A stretch of DNA of 64,000 nt from Bacilli bacterium. GTDB taxonomy: Bacteria; Bacillota_I; Bacilli_A; RFN20; DUOF01. Location of the stretch: positions 28,199 through 92,198 of the forward strand of contig JBGVCT010000016.1 of assembly GCA_045118975.1 (NCBI GenBank), in the 5' to 3' direction. Below are positions 10,649 through 21,606 of this stretch, piece by piece (the first letter of the stretch is position 1; every line of letters begins with the position of its first letter). Both the position numbers and the translations under genes were made by a program. The notes beneath the pieces are model-generated. The model worked only from the letters and a program-made list of their open reading frames with translations, did no database searches and was not told the origin of the DNA.

Positions 10649-11877
10649 TGGCAAAAGAAATTAATGAAGAATTAGATGAGATAACTCTTGAGGGCGTTAG
10701 AAAAGAGTTAGAAAAAAATGCCAAGAAAAGTGGAAATTTCTTAACTTATGAAGAAATTGTTGAGGCAGTAGGACCATTAGATTTAGATGAAAAAGAATTA
10801 GAAGATTTTGTAAATTATTTCAAAAACAAGAAAATTGAAGTGGTTGTAGAAAATGATTCTAGTGATGATTTAGATGATATTGATATTAGTGATATCGATC
10901 TAGAGAATTTTAATGAAGATGATGTTATAGAAGATGAAGATGATATTTTCCTTGATGAAGATTTATTGAAAACAGAGGAAGATGCCTTAAAGGATATCGA
11001 TATTAGTAATGACATTATCATCACAGGAAATGTTAAAATTAATGACCCTGTTAAAATGTATCTTAGAGAAATTGGTAAAGTTCCTCTTTTGACTAAAGAA
11101 AGAGAAGTTTACTTGTCAAATAGAATTATTGCAGGAGATGAGGCTGCTAAGCAAGAACTTGTACAGGCTAACCTTAGACTTGTAGTAAGTATTGCTAAGA
11201 AATATTTAGGTAGAGGTATGTTATTCTTGGACTTGATTCAAGAAGGTAACTTAGGTCTTATAAAAGCTAGTGAAAAGTTTGATCCTACTAAAGGATTTAA
11301 ATTCTCAACCTATGCTACTTGGTGGATAAGACAAGCAATAACTAGAGCAATTGCCGATCAAGCAAGAACAATAAGAATTCCAGTACATATGGTTGAAACA
11401 ATCAATAAGATGACTAGAGTTCAAAGACAATTAGTTCAAAAATTAGGTAGAGAACCATCACCTGAGGAAGTTGCTAAGGAAATGGGTAATGGAATGACTG
11501 GAGACAGAGTTAGAGAAATTCAAAAATTATCTTTAGAACCATTATCAATGGAGAAACCAATTGGTGAAGAAGAAGATAGCCATGTTGGAGATTTCGTTGA
11601 AGATAAAGATACATTATCTCCAGATGATTATGCTAGTAATGAATTATTAAAAGATGAATTATATAGCATTATGAAAGATTTAACAGATAGAGAAGAAAGA
11701 GTTTTAAGACTTAGATATGGTTTAGATGATGGACGTCCTTGTACACTTGAAGAAGTTGGTAGAGAATTTGGTGTAACAAGAGAGAGAATTCGTCAAATAG
11801 AAGCTAAGGCATTAAGAAAACTTAGACATCCAACAAGAGCAAGAAGGTTAGGTGATTACCATGAATCAACAGATTAA
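10648..11877 (+). CDS. sigA: RNA polymerase primary sigma factor
   Basis: Region 2 [27 protein letters not shown]. Region 4 [30 protein letters not shown]. Acidic N-terminal region. Confidence 0.92.
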   Translation: MAKEINEELDEITLEGVRKELEKNAKKSGNFLTYEEIVEAVGPLDLDEKELEDFVNYFKNKKIEVVVENDSSDDLDDIDISDIDLENFNEDDVIEDEDDIFLDEDLLKTEEDALKDIDISNDIIITGNVKINDPVKMYLREIGKVPLLTKEREVYLSNRIIAGDEAAKQELVQANLRLVVSIAKKYLGRGMLFLDLIQEGNLGLIKASEKFDPTKGFKFSTYATWWIRQAITRAIADQARTIRIPVHMVETINKMTRVQRQLVQKLGREPSPEEVAKEMGNGMTGDRVREIQKLSLEPLSMEKPIGEEEDSHVGDFVEDKDTLSPDDYASNELLKDELYSIMKDLTDREERVLRLRYGLDDGRPCTLEEVGREFGVTRERIRQIEAKALRKLRHPTRARRLGDYHESTD

Positions 11878-12541
11878 ACTATCAGACAGATTAACAGCAA
11901 TATATGATATGGTGTCTTTCAATAATGTAGTTGCTGATATTGGAAGTGACCATGCTTTATTACCAATAGCATTAGTTAGTAGTGGTAAAGTTACTAGAGC
12001 ATATGCAGTTGAGGTAAATGAAGGGCCTTATGATATGACTGTAAAAAATATTGCTAAGTATAATGTAGAGAATTATATTACTCCAATGTTAAGTGATGGT
12101 ATTAGTGAATTAGAAGTCGATGTTAATACTATTACTATTTGCGGTATGGGAGGAAATCTAATTGTAGATATCCTAGATTCTAATAAGGATAAATTAGAGC
12201 ATGTAAATGAACTTATTTTACAACCTAATAATAATGAAGAGACTGTACGTATTTGGTTAGTAAACAATGGATTTGATATTGATAAGGAAGTTATCGTATT
12301 TGAAGATGGAGTTTACTATGAAGTTATTAAAGGTGTAAAAAGAGAAATTGCAAGAAGATATACTAAAGAAGAATTATATTTTGGACCTATTTTATTAGCT
12401 AATAAGGGTGAAAACTTTAATAATAAATGGGTTAAATATAGAGATTATTTGAAGAGCGTATTATCTAAAATTGAAAATAAAGAATTATCTAATTACAAAA
12501 TGCTAAGTGGATTAGTTAATTTAATTGAAAAGAATTTATAA
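11861..12541 (+). CDS. trmK: tRNA (adenine22-N1)-methyltransferase TrmK
   Basis: [14 protein letters not shown] and LILQPN motifs match B. subtilis YqfN/TrmK. Immediately downstream of sigA. Start ATG at 11861, overlapping the sigA end. Confidence 0.8.
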   Translation: MNQQIKLSDRLTAIYDMVSFNNVVADIGSDHALLPIALVSSGKVTRAYAVEVNEGPYDMTVKNIAKYNVENYITPMLSDGISELEVDVNTITICGMGGNLIVDILDSNKDKLEHVNELILQPNNNEETVRIWLVNNGFDIDKEVIVFEDGVYYEVIKGVKREIARRYTKEELYFGPILLANKGENFNNKWVKYRDYLKSVLSKIENKELSNYKMLSGLVNLIEKNL

Positions 12542-12567
12542 GAAGCGTTTTTGCGCTTCTTTTTTTG
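12542..12567 (+). terminator. rho-independent terminator after trmK
   Basis: AGAAGCG-TTTT-TGCGCTTCT hairpin followed by T6. Confidence 0.65.
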
Positions 12568-12596
12568 TGCTAAATTATAATTAAGAGGTGGATTGT

Positions 12597-13706
12597 ATGA
12601 AAAAAAAGATTGCTAAAAGAATACTTTTATCTTTGGCTTCAATATTACTTGTCTTTGTTATTACTGTTGGATGTTATTTAGAATATGTAATACTTCAATA
12701 CTATAGAATTGAGGATAGAGGCGTACTTGAAATTAATGATAAAAATGAGAATGTATTAGCATATGGTGATACATTAACTATAACAACTTATAATATTGGA
12801 TTTGGGGCATATAGTAGAGATTACTCATTCTTTATGGATTCAGGATATATGAAGGATGGTACTTATGTTAGTGGTAAGTATGCTAAAGCTAGAAATGAAG
12901 GTGTTGTGAAAACAAACACCAATGGTGCTATTAATTCTTTAACTAATACAGAAAGTGATTTTATTTTCCTTCAAGAAGTAGATGTGGATGCAACTAGAAG
13001 TTATGGTATTAATCAATATGAAATGTTAATGGATAAATTTAATACTTATGATTCTGCATATGCTTCAAATTTCCACAGTGCTTATTTACTTTATCCATTC
13101 AATGATTTTATTGGGAAAACTGAGGCTGGTATTGTAACTATGTCTAAATATGATATAGAAAGTAGTGTTAGACACTCACTTCCAATTGATAATTCTTTCC
13201 CTACTAGATTTTTTGATTTAGATAGATGCTTTAGTGTTACTCGAGTTAAAGTTAATAATGGTAAGGAATTAGTGTTAATTAATGTACATTTAAGTGCTTA
13301 TGATGAGGGTGGGCTAATTAGAAAGGCTCAAATGGGAGTATTAAATGAAATATTAAAAGAAGAAAAAGAAAAAGGCAACTATGTTGTGGCTGGTGGAGAT
13401 TTTAATCATGATATAGTTGGCTCTATCAATACTTTTAAAACAGAGCAAAAAGTTCCTGAATGGGTTTACGCTTTAAATGATGATGATTTAGAGAGTGGAT
13501 ATAAGTTTGTTAGTGATACAGATACTCCAACTTGTAGAAGCACAGATATGCCATATACTAAAGATGTTAACTATACAGTAGTAATTGATGGATTCATTGT
13601 TAGCGATAATATTGAAGTTATTAGTGCAGATGTTAGTGTTGGTGATGATAATTTGTTCTTACACAGTGATCATAATCCAGTAACTATGAAATTTAAGCTT
13701 AAATAA
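12597..13706 (+). CDS. endonuclease/exonuclease/phosphatase (EEP) family protein with N-terminal TM anchor
   Basis: FLQEVD, HLSAYDEGG, GGDFNHD and SDHNPV motifs of the EEP superfamily. AAGAGGTGG RBS before ATG at 12597. Confidence 0.65.
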   Translation: MKKKIAKRILLSLASILLVFVITVGCYLEYVILQYYRIEDRGVLEINDKNENVLAYGDTLTITTYNIGFGAYSRDYSFFMDSGYMKDGTYVSGKYAKARNEGVVKTNTNGAINSLTNTESDFIFLQEVDVDATRSYGINQYEMLMDKFNTYDSAYASNFHSAYLLYPFNDFIGKTEAGIVTMSKYDIESSVRHSLPIDNSFPTRFFDLDRCFSVTRVKVNNGKELVLINVHLSAYDEGGLIRKAQMGVLNEILKEEKEKGNYVVAGGDFNHDIVGSINTFKTEQKVPEWVYALNDDDLESGYKFVSDTDTPTCRSTDMPYTKDVNYTVVIDGFIVSDNIEVISADVSVGDDNLFLHSDHNPVTMKFKLK

Positions 13707-14046
13707 AAAAAGGTTTATAAGGAGAAGTAACATTTATATTGGTGTTAGTCTCCTTTTTTTTGACCTCTTTTGCTTCCACATTTATAACCCTGGTGTTGTC
13801 TGGAGTTTGTAAATTAGTGGTAGCTTTTTTGCTTCTTTTTAATAATTTACTTGCATTAGTGAAAAAACTTTTAGATGTTGACACAAGTGGCTTTACTTGA
13901 GTATATATGGGAATAATTTGATTTATTGTAGATACTGTTTTTTCTAGTCCAGTTATAATGGAACCAAAAGAAAATTTTGAGGTTTTAATTAAACTACTAG
14001 ATAGATTTCTTGTTATATAGGGATTTAGAAAAGGTGAGTTAAACAT
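13699..14046 (-). CDS. hypothetical small protein (115 aa), convergent with the EEP gene
   Basis: Strong AAGGAGA RBS 7 nt upstream of the ATG on the minus strand. Ser/Thr-rich sequence. Confidence 0.4.
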   Translation of the reverse strand: MFNSPFLNPYITRNLSSSLIKTSKFSFGSIITGLEKTVSTINQIIPIYTQVKPLVSTSKSFFTNASKLLKRSKKATTNLQTPDNTRVINVEAKEVKKKETNTNINVTSPYKPFFI

Positions 14047-14159
14047 TTAATCGTCTCCTTATTAATTTAATATGCACTAAATTAATAAATGACACTAACA
14101 AGTTTTTATTCTGTTGATTAATTTATTATAAAATAATAAAATACTTGTGTGGTGATAGT

Positions 14160-15521
14160 ATGGAAATAAAAAATATTAATGCAAAGTCATTTGTTATAGA
14201 CACACTTATTAAGACAAAGGGATATAAAGAACTAACTGAAGTTCAAAAAAGAGTTATACCTTTAGCATTAGATAATAAAAATGTGATTGGTAAGAGTGCT
14301 ACAGGTAGTGGTAAAACTGATGCTTTTTTAGTTCCTGTATTTAATAAAATTGATGTAAGTGATGATTCTTTACAAGCAATTATTATTGCTCCAACACGTG
14401 AACTTTGCGCTCAAATTTATCAAAATGCAATGGATTATGTTAGTAATAATGAGGGAATAAGAGTTAAGTTATTTACTGGTGGATTTGAAAGAAAGAAAGA
14501 TTTAACTAGTGGTAATGCTCATTTAGTTATTGGAACTCCAGCAAGACTTAAAGATGTTCTTGTTAGTAATGGCTTGTTTGATGTAAGCAAAGTAAAGACT
14601 ATTGTTTTAGATGAGATAGATATGATCTTTGAAATGAAGTTTTTAGAGGATATAGATGTGGTTATGTCTCTTTTAAGTAAGGATGTTCAAACTCTTGCTT
14701 TTAGTGCTACTATAAATGGTCAACTTAAGCATTTTATAAGTAAATATATGCAATCAAAAGAGATTATTGAGATTGGAAAAAGGAAAGAAAGTAGTGCTAC
14801 TATAGTACATAATTGTATTCCTTTAAGAGGAAAGAGTAGGATTGAGGGGTTATTAAGTTTAGTTAGTAATATTAATCCATATTTCTGTCTTATATTTGTA
14901 ACTAAAAAAGAAGATATAGAATCTTATTTTAAAGCTTTAAGGGAAAAAGGATACAATGTAGGATTACTTCATGGTGATTTAGATAGTAGAAGCAGAAGAC
15001 AAGTAATGCGTAAGATTGAAAACTTTGAGTATCAATATGTCGTATGTAGTGATATTGCCTCTCGTGGTATTGATATTGAGGGAGTAAGCCATGTTATAAA
15101 CGTTGATTTCCCAATTCACTTAGAGTATTACTATCACAGAGTTGGTAGAAGTGGTAGAGCAAATGAAACTGGTGAAGCTTATTCTTTATATGATGAGAAG
15201 GATTTAAAGACTATAAGATTATTGATTGAAAAAGGACTAGAGGTTAATAATGTTGAATATAAAAATGGTGCTTTAAAAACACTTGCACCATTTGTAAAAG
15301 AAAAAAAAGCTAAAAAGGTTGATGAGACTCTAGAAAAAGAAATTAAAAGAATTGTTAACCAAAATAAGGGTAAGAATAAGAGAGTTACTCCTGGCTATAA
15401 AAAGAAGATGAAAGAACAAATTGATAAGGCTAAAAGAAAAAGAAAAAGAGAGATTATTAAAGCTGATATTAAAAAACGTCAAAGGGAAAGAGCAATTCAA
15501 AGGACTAAAGGAGAATTTTAA
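14160..15521 (+). CDS. cshB: DEAD-box ATP-dependent RNA helicase (CshB-like), with a lysine-rich C-terminal tail
   Basis: Q-motif, GKSATGSGKT, DEID (DEAD variant), SAT, HRVGRSGR. Followed by nfo as in the Bacillus yqfR-yqfS arrangement. Confidence 0.8.
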   Translation: MEIKNINAKSFVIDTLIKTKGYKELTEVQKRVIPLALDNKNVIGKSATGSGKTDAFLVPVFNKIDVSDDSLQAIIIAPTRELCAQIYQNAMDYVSNNEGIRVKLFTGGFERKKDLTSGNAHLVIGTPARLKDVLVSNGLFDVSKVKTIVLDEIDMIFEMKFLEDIDVVMSLLSKDVQTLAFSATINGQLKHFISKYMQSKEIIEIGKRKESSATIVHNCIPLRGKSRIEGLLSLVSNINPYFCLIFVTKKEDIESYFKALREKGYNVGLLHGDLDSRSRRQVMRKIENFEYQYVVCSDIASRGIDIEGVSHVINVDFPIHLEYYYHRVGRSGRANETGEAYSLYDEKDLKTIRLLIEKGLEVNNVEYKNGALKTLAPFVKEKKAKKVDETLEKEIKRIVNQNKGKNKRVTPGYKKKMKEQIDKAKRKRKREIIKADIKKRQRERAIQRTKGEF

Positions 15522-16381
15522 TGAAAGAATTAATTATAGGTAGCCATGTAAATATGTCTGGTAGTGAGCTTTTAGTTGGTAGTGTTAAAAGTGCACTTAG
15601 TTTTAATGCTAATACATTTATGTTTTATACTGGTGCTCCTCAAAATACATTTAGAAAACCAGTTGAGTCTTTAAGGGTAGAAGAGGCTAAAAAGTTAATG
15701 GAAGAGAATGGTATCGATATTAAGAATTTAGTAGTGCATGCTCCCTACATTATAAACCTAGGAAATTTAAAAGATGAAAATACTTTTTCTCTTGCTAAAA
15801 GTGTATTAAAAGATGAATTATATAGAACTAATTATATTGGTGTTAAATATCTTGTTTTACATCCAGGTGCACATTTGAATTTTGGAGTAGAGGAAGGTTT
15901 AAATAGAATAGTTGAAGGTTTAAATGAAGTATTAGAAAATGATAATAGCGATGTCACTATTTTACTTGAGACTATGTCTGGTAAGGGTAGCGAACTTGGT
16001 AAAACTTTTGAAGAGTTAAAGTATATTATTGATCACACAAACAAAAAAGAAAGACTAGGAGTATGTTTAGATACTTGTCATATATTTGATGGTGGATATG
16101 ATATTGTTAATGATTTAGATGGTGTATTAAAACATTTTGATGAGGTTATTGGTTTAGATTTGTTAAAAGTTATCCATGTTAATGATTCTAAAAATGTTTT
16201 TGCAAGTCATAAAGATAGACATGCAAATTTAGGAGATGGAAATATAGGATTTGAAACTCTAGCTAAGGTTGTATGGCATCCTTTACTTGAGGGGAAAATA
16301 AAGATTTTAGAGACTCCATATATTGATGATTTGCCTCCATATAAAGAGGAAATAGCAAGATTAAGAGAATATAATAAGTAA
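15521..16381 (+). CDS. nfo: endonuclease IV (deoxyribonuclease IV)
   Basis: TIM-barrel AP endonuclease pattern with conserved His/Asp/Glu metal ligands (LHPG, ETM, CLDTCH). 286 aa. Confidence 0.85.
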   Translation: MKELIIGSHVNMSGSELLVGSVKSALSFNANTFMFYTGAPQNTFRKPVESLRVEEAKKLMEENGIDIKNLVVHAPYIINLGNLKDENTFSLAKSVLKDELYRTNYIGVKYLVLHPGAHLNFGVEEGLNRIVEGLNEVLENDNSDVTILLETMSGKGSELGKTFEELKYIIDHTNKKERLGVCLDTCHIFDGGYDIVNDLDGVLKHFDEVIGLDLLKVIHVNDSKNVFASHKDRHANLGDGNIGFETLAKVVWHPLLEGKIKILETPYIDDLPPYKEEIARLREYNK

Positions 16382-16657
16382 TTTATTTACTAATTGTTCG
16401 CACTTGCTTGCAATAGTTGTAGATGAAATAGTAGCAAGATTATTAAGAAGATAAATCTTGCTATTTTCATTTGCAAAAGAAGTGTAATTAGCTTTTAAAA
16501 AAGGTAGTACTATAGCCATTTCTTTGTAAGTGAAGTCAATGCAAAATTGTTTTGATATGAGTATGGCTTTTTCAATACTTAAATTTTTAATATAACTATT
16601 TATTAATAGTTGAATCATATAATCACCTTCATAACTATATGATTTTATTTTTAACAT
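16361..16657 (-). CDS. hypothetical small protein. The ATG at 16657 with AAAGGG RBS is preferred over the longer track ORF.
   Basis: ORF on minus strand between nfo and the next + gene. Could be spurious in AT-rich DNA. Confidence 0.25.
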   Translation of the reverse strand: MLKIKSYSYEGDYMIQLLINSYIKNLSIEKAILISKQFCIDFTYKEMAIVLPFLKANYTSFANENSKIYLLNNLATISSTTIASKCEQLVNKLLIIFS

Positions 16658-16730
16658 TATACCCTTTCTTAATTGAGATATAAGATATTTGCATGATAGA
16701 ATATAAGTGTAAAGTAGGGGTGAAGTATTT

Positions 16731-17357
16731 ATGAAGAAAGAAGAGTCTTTACAAAATGCATTCATAGATATGAGTTCTGAATTTTATGTTAATCATAGAA
16801 AAATTTGTCGTGAGATCACGACTATTTTTAATGATGAAATAGTTCATTTTAAGCAACTTTTATTAGCTTTTAATGATGAACATGCATGCTTGCAACCTGA
16901 GCAAATAGATGGAGTAGTTCAAAAAGTAAAAGAAATATTTAATAATTCAAGAGTCATACTTGTTGAGGATTATGAAGTTAAGTTTTCAGAGAATGTTGAA
17001 GAGTTAACTCGTTCTATGTATGACTTTTTTGTTAAAAAACTAAATAATAAGAATCCTAAAAATCCTTCAAGAGAGATTAATGAAAGATTAAAAGAGATGT
17101 GTAAATTTGATTGCTTTTTAATTGAGGATAGGATTGAAGATGATTTAATTGATTTTGCAGGGGATTTTGGATATAGATATATTAATAGTGAAGCTGCACA
17201 TGAAGACTTTAATAGAATTATAAGAAGTGTTAAATATTCACTTATATGTGACCTTAAAAAAGCAATAGCATCATCCATTGATGATAAGGAGAATATAACA
17301 AGTAGATATAACACTATTTATAAAGAAATTTTGAATCCTGAAAAATTAGCTAGATAA
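16731..17357 (+). CDS. hypothetical protein (208 aa)
   Basis: Clean ORF followed by a strong terminator. No recognisable motif. Confidence 0.45.
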   Translation: MKKEESLQNAFIDMSSEFYVNHRKICREITTIFNDEIVHFKQLLLAFNDEHACLQPEQIDGVVQKVKEIFNNSRVILVEDYEVKFSENVEELTRSMYDFFVKKLNNKNPKNPSREINERLKEMCKFDCFLIEDRIEDDLIDFAGDFGYRYINSEAAHEDFNRIIRSVKYSLICDLKKAIASSIDDKENITSRYNTIYKEILNPEKLAR

Positions 17358-17382
17358 GACTCAAAACTGAGTCTTTTTTTTA
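17357..17382 (+). terminator. rho-independent terminator
   Basis: AGACTCAAAACTGAGTCT hairpin followed by T8. Confidence 0.75.
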
Positions 17383-17463
17383 GAAAAATAAAAAAATATA
17401 TTTAGACTAGATATTTTATAAAAAGTATGCTATTATACGAGCGTTGTAATTGGAGGTGTAATT

Positions 17464-17613
17464 ATGAGAGAAAATATAATATATCGTTGTAATGAATGTG
17501 GTGAAGAAAATTATATAGGTACAAAAGATAAAAAGAAGCACCCAGATAGAGTAGAAATTCAAAAATATTGTAAGCGTTGTCAAAAGAAAACAGCTCATAA
17601 AGAAAAGAAATAG
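17464..17613 (+). CDS. rpmG: 50S ribosomal protein L33 (49 aa). Below the ORF-track size cutoff.
   Basis: Translation MRENIIYRCNECGEENYIGTKDKKKHPDRVEIQKYCKRCQKKTAHKEKK carries the zinc-ribbon CxxC...CxxC typical of L33. GGAGG RBS at 17452-17456. Terminator follows. Confidence 0.85.
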   Translation: MRENIIYRCNECGEENYIGTKDKKKHPDRVEIQKYCKRCQKKTAHKEKK

Positions 17614-17635
17614 TCCTTTTTTGGACTTTTTTTAT
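17612..17635 (+). terminator. rho-independent terminator after rpmG
   Basis: AGTCC-TTTTTT-GGACT hairpin followed by T7. Confidence 0.6.
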
Positions 17636-17670
17636 TACCTTGAATGTTATAATAGGCAAGGAGGGATTTT

Positions 17671-18279
17671 ATGGAAGTTAAGATATTTAAATCAGGGTTA
17701 CTACAAACTAATACATATCTTGTTATCAAAGAAGATAATTGTTTAGTTATTGATCCAGCATTTGCTTATGATAAAATAACTCAATATGTTGATAAGCATA
17801 AACTTAGGATGCTTGGTGTATTATTAACTCATGGACATTTTGACCATATAGCAGATGCCTCAGATATTGCGAATAAATATAATTGTAAAATATACATTGG
17901 TAAAAAAGATTTAGATATGATTTTTGACTCTACCTTAAATGGTTCTAAAAAGTATTTAAGAAAAGATATAGTTATCCCATCTTCTAGAGTTGCGGCTTTT
18001 GATAAGGAAATAATAATGAGGTTAGATAACTTGCTTGTAGATGTTTTATTTACTCCAGGGCATAGCAAAGGATCTTGTTGTTATAGGATTGGAAATGAAC
18101 TATTTAGTGGAGATACCTTGCTTGAGGATGGTTTTGGTAGAGTTGATTTATATGGTGGTAGCCAAGATGAACTTGATAAGAGTTTAAAATATATTTTTAG
18201 TTTAAATAATGATACAATTGTTTTTCCAGGACATGGTGATGACACTACAATTGGGGAAGAAAGACAAAGGTATATATAA
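17671..18279 (+). CDS. MBL-fold metallo-hydrolase (glyoxalase II-like)
   Basis: THGHFDHI metal-binding motif plus downstream PGH and GH/D ligands. 202 aa. Confidence 0.75.
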   Translation: MEVKIFKSGLLQTNTYLVIKEDNCLVIDPAFAYDKITQYVDKHKLRMLGVLLTHGHFDHIADASDIANKYNCKIYIGKKDLDMIFDSTLNGSKKYLRKDIVIPSSRVAAFDKEIIMRLDNLLVDVLFTPGHSKGSCCYRIGNELFSGDTLLEDGFGRVDLYGGSQDELDKSLKYIFSLNNDTIVFPGHGDDTTIGEERQRYI

Positions 18280-18304
18280 TATATAAAAGTAAATACTATT
18301 ATTA

Positions 18305-18670
18305 GTGATGAATATGAAAAACATAATTTATGTGTTGCTAGTAATAGTATTTTTTAATTGCTCTTTTTTAACTCTTTATTATCTTAAGATATTTTCTAAT
18401 TTAGGATTAAATAATTTATTTTTAATAAATATTGGTGTTTTGTTTGTTAGTTATTTATATTCGCTTATTTACTATAGATTTTTCTTGCTCAAATTTAACT
18501 TTATTTTTATTTCTTTTGTTGGGGGAATTTTGGGTTTGGTATCTCTTTTGTTTTTTAAAAACATGAATTTAGAAGAAACTTTGTTTATAGTTACATTTTC
18601 TTCCTTTGCTCTTACCTTTTTAAGCTATAGCATTTATTTTGAAAATAAAAAAGAGCTTGTGTTTAAATAG
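18305..18670 (+). CDS. hypothetical small integral membrane protein
   Basis: Three to four hydrophobic helices. No motif. Confidence 0.35.
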   Translation: MMNMKNIIYVLLVIVFFNCSFLTLYYLKIFSNLGLNNLFLINIGVLFVSYLYSLIYYRFFLLKFNFIFISFVGGILGLVSLLFFKNMNLEETLFIVTFSSFALTFLSYSIYFENKKELVFK

Positions 18671-18698
18671 AAAAAATTAGTAAAGAATATAAATAGAG

Positions 18699-19109
18699 GT
18701 GATATTTATCAAAAATAATCCAATTAATAGTTTACTTGATATTTCTTTAGATAACATTGCTAGAATGGTGGATATAAATAAGGTGATAGGGACTCCAATG
18801 AGGGTTGGGGAAGATGATGTTGTTATTCCGGTTTCTAGAGTTGTTTTTGGCTTTGGTGCTGGTGGTAGTGAATTTAGCACAAAAAGCGCTAGTAAAGCTT
18901 ATGATTTAGAACTTAGTGAGGAACTATTTCCTTTTGGTGGAGGAAGTGGAGGGGGAATTAATATTGCACCTGTTGCTTTTTTACATATAAAGAAAGGGAA
19001 TATGGAAATATTGAATATTAATAAAGATTCTTCCATTTTAGATAAGATGTTTGAAATAGGTAAAGATTTATTAATAAATGAACCTGGTTTAGATAGTAAA
19101 AAGAAATAA
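18699..19109 (+). CDS. ytfJ: YtfJ/GerW-family sporulation protein
   Basis: GFGAGGSEF...GGGSGGGINIAPVAFL glycine-rich signature of the YtfJ/GerW family. Confidence 0.6.
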   Translation: MIFIKNNPINSLLDISLDNIARMVDINKVIGTPMRVGEDDVVIPVSRVVFGFGAGGSEFSTKSASKAYDLELSEELFPFGGGSGGGINIAPVAFLHIKKGNMEILNINKDSSILDKMFEIGKDLLINEPGLDSKKK

Positions 19110-19167
19110 ACATTCTTGAATATTTATCTCATATTAATTAAAATGTATAGGTAAATATTTAGGGGGA

Positions 19168-20361
19168 ATGAAAATGACAAAAATAATGGCTGTTAATGCA
19201 GGAAGTTCGTCTTTAAAATTCCAATTATTTGCTATGCCAGAAGAGAATGTTTTAGTATCTGGAGTAGTTGAAAGAATCGGATTTGAAGATGCATATTTTA
19301 CTATCAAGGTAAATGGAGAAAAAAATAAAAGTGTATTACCAATTAAAGATCATAAGCAAGCTGTAGAAATGTTACTTGCTGCTTTAATTGATTATAAAAT
19401 AGTTGAAACTTTAGATGAGATTAAGGGTGTTGGACACAGAGTAGTAAATGGTGGAGACTTATTCCCTGAATCAATTAAAGTTGAAGGCGATGTAATTGCT
19501 AGATTAGAGACTATCAATGATTTAGCACCTTTACATAACCCACCTGCAATTGTAGGTTATAGAGCATTTGCTAGTGCTTTACCAGAGGCTGGACATGTAC
19601 TAGTATTTGATACATCTTTCTATGTAAATATGCCAGAAGTATCATATATTTATCCAGTACCATATGAATGGTATACAGAATACTCAGTAAGAAAGTATGG
19701 AGCTCATGGTACTAACCATAAGTTTATCGCTAAAGAAGCTAGAAATTTCTTAAATCTTGGTGAAGATGCTAAGATTATTACTTGTCATATTGGTAATGGT
19801 GCTTCAATTAGTGCTATTAAAGGAGATAAGTGTATAGATACATCTATGGGATTAACTCCATTAGCTGGTGTTATGATGGGTACTAGAAGTGGAGATATTG
19901 ATCCTGCTGTTATTAAATACATTTGTGAACAAACAGGTAAGAGTGTAGCTGAGGTAACTAATGATTTAAATAAGAAATCAGGATTACTTGGTGTAAGTGG
20001 TGTTAGTAGTGACTCTAGAGATGTAGAAAATGCTGCTAATGAGGGAAATAAGAGAGCAATTTTAGCTCAACAGCTTCAAATTAAGACAATTCTAGATTAC
20101 ATTGGTAGTTATTATGTAAGACTAGGAGGATGCGATGCAATTGTATTCTCTGCAGGACTTGGAGAAAATAATATTGCTATGAGAAAGGCAATTTGTGAAA
20201 ATCTTAATGCTTCATTAGGAGTAGTTGTTGATGATGAAAGAAATAATGTAAGAGGAGAAACTAGAGTAATTAGTGCCGATGAATCTAAAGTTAAGGTTAT
20301 GATAATTCCTGCTAATGAAGAGTTGGTAATTGCTAGAGACACTGCTAGATTATTAGGCTAA
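19168..20361 (+). CDS. ackA: acetate kinase
   Basis: N-terminal AVNAGSSSLKFQLF signature. Full-length at 397 aa. Confidence 0.9.
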   Translation: MKMTKIMAVNAGSSSLKFQLFAMPEENVLVSGVVERIGFEDAYFTIKVNGEKNKSVLPIKDHKQAVEMLLAALIDYKIVETLDEIKGVGHRVVNGGDLFPESIKVEGDVIARLETINDLAPLHNPPAIVGYRAFASALPEAGHVLVFDTSFYVNMPEVSYIYPVPYEWYTEYSVRKYGAHGTNHKFIAKEARNFLNLGEDAKIITCHIGNGASISAIKGDKCIDTSMGLTPLAGVMMGTRSGDIDPAVIKYICEQTGKSVAEVTNDLNKKSGLLGVSGVSSDSRDVENAANEGNKRAILAQQLQIKTILDYIGSYYVRLGGCDAIVFSAGLGENNIAMRKAICENLNASLGVVVDDERNNVRGETRVISADESKVKVMIIPANEELVIARDTARLLG

Positions 20362-20365
20362 TAGT

Positions 20366-21316
20366 ATGGATAAGTCTATAAAACAAATTTTAAATAAAAT
20401 TAAAGAATTTGATACTATTGTTATTGCAAGACATAAAAACAGTGATATGGATGCTTTAGGGGCACAATTTGCACTTAAAGAGTGGATTAAAATAAATTTT
20501 GCAAATAAGAATGTATATTGTATAGGCGAGAATCATCAAAAATATACCACTAAGGGGTTTATACCTCTTAGTGATACATTTGATGGTAATGGCCCTTTTT
20601 TAGGTATTTGCTTAGATGTTAATACTATTGATAGAGTGGCCGGAGAAGAAGTATTCAAAAATGCTAATTATAAGATATGTATAGATCATCATCATTATAG
20701 TGAGAATAACGAATTTGATTTAGTATACATCGATGATAAAAGTAGTGCATGTTGTGAAATTCTTGCTGATATTTTAATTTCATATAAAAAGAAGATGACC
20801 TCTTTAATATGTAAATATTTATATGCAGGATTATCATCAGATAGTGGAAATTTTTATTATCCTAGCACAACTCCTAAAACCCTTGAATTAGCGTCTAAAC
20901 TAATGAAAATAGGGGATTTTAACCCATATAATGAAATACATATGATAGTGGGTATGAGAACATTAAAAGATTTAGAAATAACAAATTATCTTTTTTCTAA
21001 GATAGTGTTAGATAAAGATGGTTTTGCTTATTTTGAAAATAGTTTAAAGGATTTAGAGAATTTAGCAGTTACTGCAAGTTTTGCAAATGAAAAAATTGCT
21101 GAATTTAATAAAGTAGAAGAGATTAAAATCTTTTTAGCTGCTAGTGAATGTGAGGATCATACATTTAGATGCTCTTTGCGTAGTAAGAATATTTCTATAG
21201 TAGAAATAGCAAGAAAATATGGTGGTGGGGGACATAATTTCGCTTCTGGCATCAAATCTGTATCAAAAGAAAATCTAGAAAAAATGAAGCTAGAATTGAT
21301 AAATTTAACGAAATAA
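20366..21316 (+). CDS. nrnA: DHH-family phosphoesterase (NrnA-like nanoRNase / pAp phosphatase)
   Basis: ARHKNSDMDALGA, DHHH and GGGGH (DHHA1) motifs. Confidence 0.75.
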   Translation: MDKSIKQILNKIKEFDTIVIARHKNSDMDALGAQFALKEWIKINFANKNVYCIGENHQKYTTKGFIPLSDTFDGNGPFLGICLDVNTIDRVAGEEVFKNANYKICIDHHHYSENNEFDLVYIDDKSSACCEILADILISYKKKMTSLICKYLYAGLSSDSGNFYYPSTTPKTLELASKLMKIGDFNPYNEIHMIVGMRTLKDLEITNYLFSKIVLDKDGFAYFENSLKDLENLAVTASFANEKIAEFNKVEEIKIFLAASECEDHTFRCSLRSKNISIVEIARKYGGGGHNFASGIKSVSKENLEKMKLELINLTK

Positions 21317-21379
21317 AAAATTAAATTTTGCAATGAAAAAAAATATTAAAAAAAGTATAAAAAAAATTGATATTCTGTG

Positions 21380-21408
21380 TTGACATGGGTACTTTTTAAT
21401 GATAGAAT
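21380..21408 (+). promoter_or_regulatory. promoter of the tRNA cluster
   Basis: -35 TTGACA at 21380-21385, 17-nt spacer, -10 TAGAAT at 21403-21408, about 20 nt before the first tRNA. Confidence 0.6.
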
Positions 21409-21428
21409 ACAAGAGCATTGCAAAAAAT

Positions 21429-21505
<77 letters not shown>

Positions 21506-21525
21506 TTAAATTTGTAAATGTATTT

Positions 21526-21601
21526 GCCAAGTTAGCTCAGTCGGTAGAGCAATCGGCTGTTAACCGATCGGTCGTAGGTTCGAGTCCTATACTTGGCGCC
21601 A
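21526..21601 (+). tRNA. tRNA-Asn (anticodon GTT)
   Basis: Acceptor GCCAAGT/ACTTGGC, anticodon loop CTGTTAA, T-loop GGTTCGAGTCC, CCA end. Confidence 0.85.
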
Positions 21602-21606
21602 CTATT

